Assembly (NCBI RefSeq): GCF_028641065.1
Contig: NC_073390.1
Location: 47,616,001-47,680,000, forward strand
Origin: Leucoraja erinacea
Lineage: Eukaryota
Reading direction: 5' to 3'
Length of the DNA stretch: 64,000 nt
Shown: positions 51,736 through 64,000 of the stretch, in pieces
Numbering within the stretch: the first letter of the stretch is position 1
How the letters are laid out: each line of letters starts with the position of its first letter
The notes under the pieces: generated by a model
What the model was told of the DNA's origin: nothing
What the model saw: only the letters and a program-made list of their open reading frames with translations
Database searches by the model: none
Position numbers and translations under genes: made by a program

Positions 51736-52707
51736 GGTATAACCTAGACTATAAATTGCTAAAGAAAGGAGAAAATAATACAAAATAAGTCATCCCTTCA
51801 CGGGCATTCAATTGCTTCCCCTTTCAAAACGCAAACTCACGTAGACGGAATTTGGGGGTGGGGGGGATATTAGAGATGAAACGAAAGCTTTTGTTCTTAA
51901 AGTCTTCAGAAAAAAATATTACTAAAATATAAATTTACAGCAATTTTAATCAGATTAGAATGTACTTTACTTTTCTGCCATCCAATACCACATTATGACG
52001 TTTAAAGGCAAGGTATAAAATCATCCAGAACAGTTTGCACAATAACAACATTTAGCTACAGGGTACGACATTTATTTAAAATAACGGATTTACAATCTTT
52101 GATCAAATGCAGAAAAAAATCGGTACATTGCGACGTATATTCCAGCCAGTCTACGTCACTCTCCGATTAAATAGGCGCACAAAATCTTAGAAAAACAAAT
52201 TTTTTCATGGTTCCTGCCCAATATTGGACCTCCGGACCAAGCAAATGGGTTTACTTTTGAAAAATGTACCAGAAACGGAAAAAATCTTAAAATTACACTA
52301 CAGATGGGGAAAAAACAAATTCTAAATGTGATTTTTTTAAAAAAAGTGTTTAAAATTCAGATTCAATTTTATAATAGTAGTTAATTGCTCACCGGGGGCA
52401 CACTAACATCACCCAAAGTTTTAACACAAAGCAATAAACCAAATTAAGAGGAGAAAAAAATTGCAGTTAGGAACCACTTCCCTGAAACAACATGTTTACA
52501 AATTTGTCATGCATCTCATCCCGCTAAAAAAAAAAAGATTTCGCTTCCACTGCAATAAATACCCCCGAAATCAATTCGATTTCCGACTTTGCGGCCCGAA
52601 CGGCTTACAGTTATTTTTTTTAAAATTTAAGGATGATTTTTCGATGGTTTTGGGGCGCGGAAAATAAAAAATAAAGGAATAAATTGAGGATAAATTCGAG
52701 CGCTCAC

Positions 52708-52800
52708 CTCGGTCCCAGTCGAAAATGGCGCCGAAAACTAAACTTGACTGAAATTCGTTGGGGGACAAAGCATTGTGGGTAAGCCGGTTTGAATAAATGG
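52708..52800 (-). other. SMC4: SMC4 non-coding exon 1 (5' boundary approximate)
   Basis: Donor GAG|GTGAGC at 52708/52707; contains GGCGCCATTTT (YY1-like). Confidence 0.65.
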
Positions 52801-53094
52801 GGCCGATGCCAACTTTTAAAAAAACAAATTCAAAATCCGACAGATCCGCGCCTTCAGCTCTGCCCGCCAGTGAAAAATATATAAACCGGCTTTTGTTTTT
52901 TTTAAAAAATAATATTATACAAAAAAAAAAGTCACACGCGTTTGGGTTTTTTTTTTTTCGGTTGCTGTTGCCAGGCAGCGGCCGTGTGCGCGCGCGCGCG
53001 CCGAGAGAGAAAGAGAGAGAGAGGAGAGGGAGGAGGGGGGAAGCGGGAGCGGCCGTGCGCGTGCTAGTGCGCGTGCTCGTGCTCGTGCTCGCGC

Positions 53095-53194
53095 TCGCGG
53101 AGCATCGCCACTGCATCGAGCGGCTGAAGCGACGACAACCGACAGTGGAGCAACAAAACAAACCGCGGACATCTTCTCCTTCGCACCCTTTGAG
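53095..53194 (+). other. IFT80: IFT80 non-coding exon 1 (5' boundary approximate)
   Basis: Consensus donor GAG|GTAAGT after 53194, in the CpG island upstream of the IFT80 ATG exon. Confidence 0.6.
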
Positions 53195-53196
53195 GT

Positions 53197-53198
<2 letters not shown>

Positions 53199-53231
<33 letters not shown>
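53199..53231. repeat. (GTA)n microsatellite
   Basis: About 11 perfect GTA units directly behind the splice donor. Confidence 0.95.
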
Positions 53232-53232
<1 letters not shown>

Positions 53233-53490
53233 CTGCTGTCGCCTCAATGGCCAACCAGCCGCGCGTTTTCTTTGGGGAGGGGGGTTGGTTGTCGGGGGTT
53301 ATGGGGAGAAGACAGTAGTATGGGGTTAGGAGGGGAGAGATAGATCAGCCATGGCGGAGTAGATTCGATGGGCTGAATGGCCTAATTCTGTTCCGATCAC
53401 TTATAGAACGACAGGGATCCTCACTTACTTCTGCGTCGTCGCCGTGCTCACCAGTTAGTTAAGAATGACCCGTTTTTTTGTTTTGATTTG

Positions 53491-54193
53491 AAATGGTATT
53501 CTGGTCCGTTATTGCCAGTAGGGCAAACAGTTGTTTACTTCAGAGCTTCGTGTGTATCGCTCTTTATAAACAAGTATCTGAAGTTTCTTATGTCTCTATT
53601 AAACAGTTGTTTGAGCTCCATTAGAGTTATAGAGTAGGAAAGTAGGCCCTTCGTCCCAAATCGTCCATGCCGACCATCGAAGCTATCCTATTTTCCCCAT
53701 GTTTGGCCCATATCTTTCTAAATTAAACCTTTTCTCAATTTTCTCATCTTAACTCAATTTCTAATAAAATGGTATTGTGGTCCATTATTGCCAGTGGGGC
53801 AAACAGTTGTTTACTCCAGCACTTTGTGTTTCTCTCTTTGTAAACGAGTATCTGAAGTTTCTTGTGTCTCTATTAAACAGTTGTTTAAGCTACATTAGTC
53901 ATACAGCAGGAAAAAGGCCCTTCGGCCCTACTCGTCCATACTGACAAAGATGCTGCATCTGAGCTATCCCATTTTCCCCAGGTTGGCCCATATCTTTCTA
54001 AATTAAACGTTTTTTCAATTTCCTCATCTTCACTCAATTTCTAATTAAATGATATTGTGACCCATTAGTGCCAGTAGGGGAAACAGTTAGTCCAGAACAT
54101 TGTGTGTGTGTCTCTCTCTTTGTAAATAAGTATCTGAAGTTTCTTGGGTTTCTATTAAACAGTCATTTCAGCTCCATTAGAGTTATACAGCAG
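53491..54193 (+). repeat. Diverged tandem repeat, ~278-bp unit, about 2.5 copies
   Basis: Units start aaatg(g/a)tatt at 53491, 53767 and 54047, and share aagtatctgaagtttctt and ctattaaacagt. Confidence 0.88.
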
Positions 54194-54994
54194 GGGCCAG
54201 AGGGCAGCGGAGGCTGGTTCTCTGGATACTTTCAAGAGAGAACTAGATACAGGGGATATGGGGAGAAGGCAGGAACGGGGTACTGATTGTAGATGATAAG
54301 CTGTGATCACATTGAATGGTGGTGCTGGTTTGAAGGGCTGAATGGCCTATTCATGCACCTATTGTCTATTGCCACACGTCCTTCTTCCCAACTTTCTAAA
54401 CTATTTTTGTAATTTTGATTTTTTTGGTTTGGTGTCAGATTTTGTTTAATTGAAACTCTTGTGAAGCACATTGGGTTGATTTAGCGTAAAATAGATGTTG
54501 CCTAACTGGAAGTTATTGAGATATTATAGACTTGATAACTTTCTCTGTATGCAATTGACAAACTATTCAGAAAGCCAAAAATATTCAGTTCTGAGTTTAT
54601 ATTTTTTAAATTTGTTAGGGCTTGATGCTTTTGTCATTGGATCTGTTGTGAGAAACATGCAACTTGCTTCATCTTCTTAACGAATATACAAATTTAAGAA
54701 TAAGATTGACGTCTTGATGATATATAGGATTTTTGTGATTCATTAACATTTTTAAACGTTCAAAATTTATGTATGAAGATTATATTGTTTCGGTAAAATA
54801 TTCTTTGGGAAAATAATAATTTGTGACTTTCAAATTTGTTCATATGGTCTATGTTTCTGTTTTATTGATATTTATCAAGTATGTGCAACTTGATGATGTT
54901 TTTCTCAAATTTGGCAGCCACCAAAGACAATTAGTGGGACTCCGGCTGCTTTTGGAGTTAATTTAATCATTACAACTAACCCACTTTCTAAAGA

Positions 54995-55031
54995 ATGAGA
55001 CTGAAGACATCGTTCCTGAAAGAACCGAAAC
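54995..55031 (+). CDS. IFT80: Intraflagellar transport 80, first coding exon (gene continues beyond the window)
   Basis: MRLKTSFLKEPK(H) resembles the vertebrate IFT80 N-terminus (MRLKISLLKEPKH); head-to-head with SMC4 as in other vertebrates; followed by an ATATCCTTT donor. Confidence 0.85.
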
Positions 55032-55429
55032 ATATCCTTTTGAAATAATGTTTTATTTTGAATTTTGTAATAGGAATTAAAAAATAAATTCCTTTTTTTA
55101 ATGGGAGAATTGACGGCAGACTAGTGTTAAAGCACATCTATAGTTTCCAATGTGTATGTATTAGTTGATGGGTTTTTTTAAACATTATTTTATTTGGAGA
55201 CATACCTTGGGTTGATTTTTGTTGCTGTTCCTAATTTGATAATGAAATCACACATTTTTAATAAATTATGATCTGAACCAATCAAATGCATTTGTAATTG
55301 ATGTAAAGATTTATTGTATAAAACAACTTTTTCTAACGCCCTCGTGATTTCTTACACCTTTACAAGGTTACCCCCTCAGTATCCTTTGTGCCAGAAGGAA
55401 AAATGACCACACCAGCATGTACAGTCTCG

Positions 55430-56000
55430 AGAAGGGTGTAATGTTGAGGCTCTGTAAGGCGCTGGTAAGGCCGCATTTGGAATATTGTGGACAATTTTGG
55501 TCACTATATCTGAGGAAGGATGTGCTGGCTCTGGAGGGGGCCTAGAGGAGGTTTACCCAGCAAAATGAGTAGGTTACTCTATGATGAACGTTTGTCGGCA
55601 TGGGCTTGTACTCGCTGGAGTTTAGGAGAATGAGGGTGGATCTCATTGAAACATACAGGATAGTGGAAGGCTTGGATAGAGTAGATGTGGAGAGGATGTT
55701 TCCACTAGTGGGAGAGTTTAGGACTAGAGGCATAGCCTCAGAATTAAAGGATGTACTTTTCGGAAGGAGATGAGGAGAGATTGGAGGATGGTGAATCTGG
55801 GGAATTCTTTGCTACAGAAGGCTGTGGAGCCAAGTCAGTGGATATTTTTAAGGCAGAGATAGATTCTTGATTAGTGCAGGTGTCTGAGGTTCTGGGGAGA
55901 AGGTAGGAGAATGGGGTTGGAGGGAGAGATAGACCAGCCATGATTGAATGGCGAAGTAGACTTGATGGGCTAAATTGCCTCATTCTACTTTCACTTATGA
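55430..56000 (+). mobile_element. CR1 LINE 3' fragment
   Basis: Degenerate LVRPHLEYC / RRMRVDLIETY motifs plus tail. Confidence 0.85.
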
Positions 56001-56282
56001 CAAATACCATGACTGGACTGGTTGGTGCTGTATGTATATGGCAAACACAGATTTGAAACGCTCTTTTAAAAACTTTTTTTGTTTAATATGCAACTCCTCA
56101 AAATACATATTTATGGTTGGACTCTACCAAACGCAAATGAATTATTGTTGCACATAACAATGTTGGAGGTTATAGGTCATATACGTCAATGTACCTGCAA
56201 CAATCTCCATGTCAGAATGCAGTTGTAGGTTATTTCCTATTTCTATATATCATTAATAACATTGTCAATGTACTAATTATTT

Positions 56283-58610
56283 AAGAAAGAACTGCAGATG
56301 CTGGAAATATAGAAGGTAGACAAAAATGCTGGAGAAACTCAGCGGGTGAGGCAGGATCTATGGAGCGAAGGAATAGGTAATGGTTCGGGTCGAGACCCTT
56401 CTTCAGAATGATGTGGGGCGGGGGGAGCAGGAAGAAGAAAGAAAGAGACGGAGACAGTAGGCTGTGGGAGAGCTGGGAAGAGGAGGGGAAGGAAGGAGAA
56501 ACCTGAAATTGGAGGTCAATGTTCATACCGCTGGGGTGTAAACTACCCAAGCAAAATATGAGGTGCTGCTCCTCCAATTTGTGGTGGGACTGACTCTGGC
56601 CATGGAGGAGGCCCAGGACAGAATGGTCGGATTCGGAATGGGAGGGGGGGTTGAAGTGCTGAGCCACCAGGAGATCAGGTTGATCAATTCGAACTGAGCG
56701 GAGGTGTTCGGTGAAGCGATCGCCAAGCCTGCGCTTGGTCTCACCAATGTAGAGCAGTTGACACCTAGAAAAGCAGATGCAATAGATGAGTTTGGAGGAG
56801 GTGCAGGTGAACCTCTGCCTCAGCTGGAAAGACTGCTTGGGTCCTTGGATATAGTCTAGGGGGGAAGTAAAGCGACAAGTGTAGCATTTCCTGCGGTTGC
56901 AAGGGAAAAGTACCAGGGGAGTGGATGGCCTGGGTGGGAAGGGACGAATTGACCCAGGAGTTACGGAGGGAATGGTCTGTGCGGAAAGCAGAAATGGGAG
57001 GAGATTGGAAGATGTAGCCAGTGGTGGGATCCCGTTGGAGGTGGTGAAAATGTCAGAGGATTATCTGTTGTATGTGACGGCTGGTAGGGTGGAAGGTGAG
57101 GACAAGGGAGAACTCTGTCCTTGTTATGATTGGGGGGGATGGGGAGTGAGAGCGGAGCTACAAGATATAGAGGAGACCCTGGTGAGAGCCTCAACTATAG
57201 TTGGAGGGGAGCCCCCTGTTCCCTAAAGAATGAGGACATCTCCGATGCCCTGAAACCCCTCATCCTGGGTGCAGATGCGGCGTAGATAGTGGAATTGGGA
57301 GTTGTGGATAGAGTCCTTACAGGAAGCAGGGTGGGAAGAAGTGTAGTCTAGATAGCCATGGTAGTCAGTGGGTTTGTAGTAGATGTCGGTCAGTAGTCTG
57401 TTACCTGTGATGGAGATAGTGAGGCCCAGAAACAGAAGAGAGATGTCAGAAATGGTCCAGGTGAATTTGAGTGCTGAATGGAAGTTAGTGGTGATGTGGA
57501 TGAAATCAGTGAGTTATGCATGGGTGCAGGAGGTGGCACCAATGCAGCCGTCAATGTAGCGGAGGTGAGTTTGGGGATAGGTACAAGGATAGGAACAAGG
57601 ATTGTTTGAGGTACCCTACAAAGAGGCAGAGATGGCTGGGGCCCATGAGCGTGCCCATAGCTACGCCTTGTATTTGGGGGAAATGGGAGGAGTCAAAGGA
57701 AAAGTTGTTGAGGGTAAGGACCTGCTCCAATAGGCGGAGTTGAGTATTAGTAGCCGGGCATTGGTTGGTTCTGCGATCGAGGAAGAAACAGAGGGCTTTA
57801 AGACCCTCCTGGTGGGGATGCAGATGTAGAGTGACTGGATATCCATGGGGAAGATGAGGGAGTGGGGGCCTGGAAAGGGGAAGTCATGGAGGAGACGAAG
57901 AGCGTGTGAGGTGTCTTGGACATAGGTAGGGAGGGATTTGATCAGGTGGGATAGGATGGAGTCGAGGTATGTGGGTATAAGTTTGGTGTGACAAGAACAA
58001 GCAGAAACAATGGGTCTGCCAGGACAGTCAGGGTTGTGGATTTTGGGGAGAAGGTAAAATCTGGCTGTGTGGGTCTGGGGAACGATGAGGTTGGAGGCTT
58101 GGGAGGGCAGGGAGCCGGAAGCGATGAAGCCAGTGATGGTGTTTGAGATAATGGCCTGGTGCTCGTCTCTGGGGTCATGGTCCAAGGATAAGTAGGAGGA
58201 GGTGTCTGAGAGTTGGCGCCTGGCCTCAGACCGGTCGAGGTCAGCGTGCCAGAATACCACGGCACCTCCCTTGTCGGCAGGTTTGATCACCCAGTCGGGT
58301 TTGTTGCAGAGTGAGTGGAGGGCTGTACGTTCATGGGGGAGTGGTTAGAGTGAGATAGAGGAGTGGAAAAGTTGAGGCGGTTGATGTCCCACCAACAGTT
58401 TAAAATGAAATGGTCTAAAGCAGGTAGATGGCCATGAAGGGGAGTCCCAGAGGAGGGCGTCCGTTGAAGATGGGAGGAGCGGTCAACATTAGGGGGTGAG
58501 GACACTTTCCCATGGAAAACGCTTGGATGCGGAGGCGATGGAAGAAGAGCTCCACATCGTGGCGGACATGGAACTCATTGAGGTGGGGGAGGATGTCAAT
58601 GTAACTCTGC
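56283..58610 (-). mobile_element. Penelope-like element (RT + GIY-YIG), frameshifted
   Basis: IKPADKGGAVV, FYLLPKIH, PGRPIVS and RYIDG motifs; endonuclease LIYCICFSRCQLLYIGETKRRLGDRFTEH at ~56705..56790. Confidence 0.92.
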
Positions 58611-59304
58611 CTCTGGAATTCACATGGGGACCAGCCTCTTAAGAAACAGTAATTGGAGGATTGCGGTAGACGTGGGCTGAAGTAATAAACACTTGAGATA
58701 ATCAAGGAAAGCTAACATTGCTAAAAGTAAATTGTGCTTGACTAATTTTTTCGGTGAGGTAACAGAAAATTGAGTAAGGAGTTGCAGTGGATGTGTGAAT
58801 TTTCAGATGCTCGTCAAGGTCTGATACAATATCATGAGCATCCATGGAATAAAATCTCAATTGTCTTAAAAGTGAGAACAGTGCTTTAAAAAGTTGTGTT
58901 CTAGATTAAAGTTGAGAGTAATGTTCCAGGGCAAGGATTATTGTTTTTATTTTCTAAATATATTTAAAAACTTGGATCTGGATTTGTAGAATAAATTTTT
59001 AAAATTGCAGAAAGAGAATTAGAGAGGTGGATAATAATAGAGGTACGATAACATATTCTTGCCAGAATGAGCAATTGCAAAAAAAAGTGATCAATTTTAC
59101 TATTAGGAATTCTAGGGTCTACACGAAGTGTGTACATTAATCTGATTAGGTGACTGGCTAATCTCCTTGGAGTAAAGAATTTGAGGTGATAGGTTGAGGT
59201 GCGAATAACTTATTTTACCCAATGAGCGAATTGTTGAAGGGCTAGAGGATTTAAAGTGATGGATTGAAAGATGTAGTAGGAATGTGAGGAAGAATGCTTC
59301 AATC

Positions 59305-59760
59305 AATCTTCAATCAATCAATCAATCAATCAAAGACATTATTGTCATTGAAAAATACACCAACAAATGCAAGTACGAACAAAATTTTGTTGCATCTGGC
59401 TCACCGTGCAACATAAAACAACAAAAGGATAAAATAGATAAAAAGATAAATTTGATCATTGTTGCAGCGTATTATATGGTATTCAAGAGTCGGATGGTTC
59501 GGGGGAAGAAGCTGTTGCAAAACCTGGCCGTTGTGCTCCTTATACTGCGATACCTTTTACCCGAGGGCAGCAGAATGAACAGTCCATGATGGAGATGTGT
59601 GGGGTCTTTTATTATGCTGTTGGCCTTGGAGAAGCAACGTTTGCACGCCATGTCCTGGATTGAAGGAAGAGAAGTTCCGATTATTTTTTCAGCCCTCACC
59701 ACTCTCTGTACGGACTTCCAGTCGGAGGCTTCTAATGCAGAGAATGGTTCCGGGGACTGT
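59305..59760 (-). mobile_element. Rex1/L2-like LINE 3' fragment with (TTGA)n tail
   Basis: QRVVRAEKIIGTSLPSI..LPSGKRYRSI..RFCNSFFPRTIRLLN. Confidence 0.82.
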
Positions 59761-61893
59761 TCCATGTGGAGTAATTGTGGACTCAACGGACTGGGAGCCT
59801 TTCTCTTATGCTGTAATAATTCTATATTCCTTAGTTAATTATTTTCATTAATAAATTTTCCGCCTAAACAAACAACAACTTTTGTCTCGACTTTTCTCAG
59901 GATTGGGTGAAAAATCGTCAGTATTTTTCTCTCTATTTTTCTATCTACAGATGTTGCCTGAATTGCTGAGTATTTCAAGTGTTTTCTTGTTTATATTTCC
60001 ATTCCTGAATTCAAAGAGAGACTGTTATTGGCCTATCCGAGTGTGAAACAAAACTGCCCTTCAAAGATAATGGCCCTGGAAGAATTTATCCTTTGTAATT
60101 GGGCACTACACCTGAGCTAGTGTCCCTTTTGCTGCTCTATCTGTAATTTGTTTACAATAACTTTTATAAATAATTTGTTCCAATAAAATATACTGACTGC
60201 AACAAATGTCATCCATGTTAAACTGTACACTTCTACCCTCTCTGTACATTTACATCTGAAATTCTTACAGGAATATTTGTCACCAAATTGTTATTTGCTC
60301 TGTCCAACAAAAGTGAGAATATTACCAGGCAACTACAAATTAAAAGTTACAGGTGAATAAATGGTCTTGCGGACCATGGATTGAAATCCAATATAGGCAG
60401 AATATTTCATGTCGGACCCCTGTTAATTTAATTCAGCTGTTGATGAATATAAATGCATTCTTAGCACCTTGCCTGTCAATGGGAAGTGATTAACCTCAGT
60501 TTAGTGCACGTGAACTGTTGACTAATGTTGTAGAATCTAACTTTTTCGATGCAACCAGATAAATTTAGTTAAAAAGCATGATATATCAAAATTAAACGTT
60601 GTAAATGCAGTGGCTGTTTTAGTTTTATTTTCAATGATGTCAAAAGGTGAAGGACAAATAATAGACAATATCATAATTGAAAAAAAATTGTTTGGCATAA
60701 TGAAGCACATTTAAAAACACCTATCAAACTATTTGGTAAAGATTACCAAAATTCAATGCTGAGCTAAATTAAGAAATATTTGGAAAGCTGGTGAATCCTA
60801 GGGAAATGGAAGAAGAAGAGTGGTGGAGTGAAGGATATAATCTTGGAGCACTGTGCACAAAGTGTGATGCTAATAATAATGAGAGCAGAATTGGCAAAAT
60901 AACAGAGTCACTGAGATAGAGTCCAGTGCTGAAGGAGGTTATGGAGGAATTGCTTTTTAGATTTCAGGAGCCATGATAAGGCAGAGAGGACAAAGGTACG
61001 GGGTATTAGTGTAGGATTGGATATTATTTTTAAAAGTTAGTGTAATGAAGTATATAAGGAAAATATAAGATGTTTTGTTTTTTGAAATGCCTATGATTAT
61101 AGAAATTGGGCAGTAGATTTAACATTGCCCAGTTTATTCATCTTAGAAGCGGTAAATAATGCAATGGATCTATGTTTCGATGCAGAAAGAAAAATGCACT
61201 TTGTGCTTTATTGTGGAATAACCCTAGGTTCAAAAAGGCACTAACGATAGCCCTACTTTGAAAGTAGAGTCAAAAGGTTAACAAGTAGAAACTGAAAGCC
61301 GCAGTTAACCAAGGGATCACGTTCAACAATATGTGGGGGAAATTCATTTTTAAAGCATTTCTTGATGGTATCTGGCAAAGGTGGTTAGGTATTACACATT
61401 AGTAATGTCACTTAAAATGGTGATAATCTTAACCAAAGCAGCTTGTATGTTAATGATGTTCTTGCATTACTTTTAGATTGGCTGTTCCAGCATTTGAAAA
61501 GAGCAGCAGTAGAGAGGGGGGCCAAGATATGTCCAAGTCAGGATTTTGTGAGGATCTTGAAGATGATATGCATCTTTTAGGTGGTGCATGTAATAAGTTT
61601 GGGGAGAGTTGACTTTCAGAACATTGATGGTGAGAGATTAGTGTTGATGACACCACTGAACCTCAAGGGCATATATCTAGGTCACAAATGTGTAAGTTAT
61701 ATGTCACTGAACAGCTAAATTTGGATGTTATCGGCTGAATGAGAGCTTTGATTGCTTCAATATCTGAGGAAATACAAAAAGTTGAAAATATTCAGTGAGT
61801 CAGGCAGCAGCTATGCAGAGAGAAATTGAGTTAATATTTCACACTGATCATCTTTAGGTCAGAACTAATGAACTGATAAAAAATTTAAATATT

Positions 61894-62140
61894 TAAGAAG
61901 GAACTACAGATGCTGGAAAATCCCAGGTACACAAAAATGCTGGAGAAACTCAGCGGGTGCAGCAGCATCTATGGAGCGAAGGAAATAGGCAACGTTTCGG
62001 GCCAAAACCCTTCTTCAGACTGGTGGTGGGGGGGGGAGGAAAAAGGAGGAGGAGGAGCCCGAGGGCTGAGAGGGAGAGCTGGGAAGGGGAGGAGACAGCA
62101 AGGGCTAACAAAATTGTGAGAATTCAATGTTCATGCCATA
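61894..62140 (-). mobile_element. Penelope 3' terminal fragment
   Basis: Homologous to 56283..56530. Confidence 0.82.
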
Positions 62141-64000
62141 TTAAAATATGTTTGGATGAAATTGGAATAGTTTCTCTCTGAAGACTTGCTGTGATTAGTT
62201 TTAATTTTTGATTTCCAACAATTGCTTTGTAGATATTGCAAGTGGAACTGAGATTCCTTATCTGAGAATGGCACCACTTCTGATGTTAATGGAAGGATTG
62301 CCATTGATTAAATGTTTGAATGTATTTGGAATCAGTACACTGCTTTCATCTCCCTGGTAGGCAAGGATGAATGGTGTCCAGTGACCAGTGTGAAGTGTGA
62401 TTTCTGCCACTGAAGGGTTTTCTTCTTGACATTGACAAGTTTTATTAAGGGTCTTCAAAATAACATTCTGGATGAAACAGATCAACTCACTTTTTACTCA
62501 CCTCTGACATTTGTCTCTTAATTCAATGTTTAGGTTAAATCATCAATTAGATTGGAGCAATGTATTTGGTGAAACCAAAAGAAACCATCTTTGAGTATGT
62601 TATTGATATTAGAATTAACAACAATGGTCCTTGTTGCTTCCCAACCAGCAACTCGCAGATGCAATCTGAATCGTTTGTGGCTAGTGGTTGTGTTTACAAT
62701 ATGTGTGCAACAATTTGCTGACAAAGATTCAATGATATCTATTATGTAGATCCCCATTCCCAGTATTTTTACTTACAAACATCAGTTCAGGCCATCCTCG
62801 GCATTGGTGTCACTGATATGGCCTCGGATCAGGATCTGATATTACTATAGTGGAACACTGGGCTGTTCTACCATTGGACTTCAAATGAAATTCATCAATA
62901 AATGAAAATTTGCAGATGTTGGAAATCAGAAATAAAAACACAAAATGCAGTGAACACTCAGCAGATCAGGCAGCATTTGTGGAAAGAAACCCAATTAATG
63001 CTTCAGGTCAGAGATCCTTCTTCTGAACGGGGAAATAATTTTTTTTTCCCAACGTGGTTATAAATTTGCAGAGGTGCTGGAAAATATAAAGAGGACAGGG
63101 ATGATTCGCAGCAGAAATTTAGTTCTGACGCAGACAGAAAGTGAGGTAACTTTGAGGCCGTAAGGGCTCAATGTCAAATTCTCCGGCATAGAGTACAGTA
63201 GCGAAACTCGCATTTATGTGTCAGTACTGTCCATTTCTACTACAAGTCATCTATCTGTGATACTGGCACAGTCTTGTCTTTCCATTAGTACAACCTGATC
63301 TGCTGGGCTTGTCTCACACCTCTGCAAGTGACCATTATTGTTAATTCTAATATCAACTCACACTACAGACAAAAACGTGTAATGATTCCTCCAACTGTCC
63401 CCATTAACCCGCTTGACTTTGTCCAGTCCACAATGTCAAACATTTACATATCTTAATCACTAGCACAAGTGACACCTGTGGATGTACTTGAAGAAGAGCA
63501 TGGTCACTGGCAGGTTCTTTCCATCTAATGACACCATTATGGAATCTTGATTACTGGTCTCATGGCTTTTGATTAAGCACAACAGTGAGTGCAGTTCAGA
63601 ACTATTTCATCCTCTATGAATTGTCTAGAGACACTGCATGTGTGTCAGGGTTATAAAAAACAGTTATTTAATTTCAATGTCTCCTCACGCAATAGTATAT
63701 ATTTATAAAACATTGAGTAAATGGCATCTGTGGTTGATGAGGGGGCCATAAAATCCACCAGATGGCGCCATATCTACACAGGTCCCTGGAGAGGTCTAAA
63801 TAATGCCAAATTGCAAATTTTTTGACTTGCAACAACGCGATTAACTGCCTTCTACAGTTTAAGGAAGAGTTAAAACTTTCTTAATGGCCAAATCTGGGAT
63901 TAGTCAGAAATCCATTGGTTTTGTAGGTGCTCTTATTTTTTTTGGAATATATCTATATCTTGTAATTTTAGATTCTGATGGCCATATCTCTTGTATAATC

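Larger units (their letters stand above)
52560..53270. promoter_or_regulatory. CpG-rich bidirectional SMC4/IFT80 promoter
   Basis: E2F-like GGCGCGGAAAA at 52654..52664, YY1-like AAAATGGCG at 52722..52730, CHR-like TTTGAA at 52788..52793 and TTCAAA at 52829..52834, NRF1-like GC repeats at ~52986..53000; divergent splice donors on both sides. Confidence 0.75.

Noticed and set aside
52571-53254. Long overlapping ORFs of 227, 133 and 110 aa
   Set aside because: Low-complexity translations of the CpG promoter and microsatellite.
62230-63620. Possible exons in moderately complex sequence (also 10600-11480, 42230-42680, 45240-46600, 58700-59290)
   Set aside because: They look like highly decayed ancient LINE remnants; no coherent reading frame or splice structure.
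55032-64000. Next IFT80 coding exon
   Set aside because: No U12 branch point plus AC acceptor followed by a matching WD40 sequence was found; the region is mostly TE-derived, so the exon is probably beyond the window.
1-64000. CRISPR arrays, operons or other prokaryotic systems
   Set aside because: The sequence is spliced vertebrate DNA with no regular repeat-spacer array.

Overview
Eukaryotic (vertebrate) genomic DNA, most likely a cartilaginous fish such as a skate or ray; this is inferred from the HE1/V-SINE, CR1 and Penelope repeat content. It carries the conserved TRIM59(+) / SMC4(-) / IFT80(+) block. TRIM59 has a single-exon CDS at 12257..13483. SMC4 is complete: I traced 23 coding exons by hand with consistent splice phases (about 1298 aa), plus a non-coding first exon. 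The miR-15b/miR-16-2 cluster lies in an SMC4 intron. The 5' end of IFT80 is transcribed divergently from a shared CpG-rich promoter, and its first coding exon ends in a U12-type ATATCCTTT donor. Intergenic and intronic DNA is dominated by CR1, Rex1/L2-like, L1 and Penelope retroelements, SINEs and MITEs. The most notable observations are: a natural Leu->Ile change in the SMC4 ABC signature motif (ISGGE); a Helitron-like element carrying a captured coding-like fragment; and TSD-flanked palindromic Penelope-derived mini-elements with hammerhead-ribozyme cores on both strands. All calls are by eye; no database searches were run.
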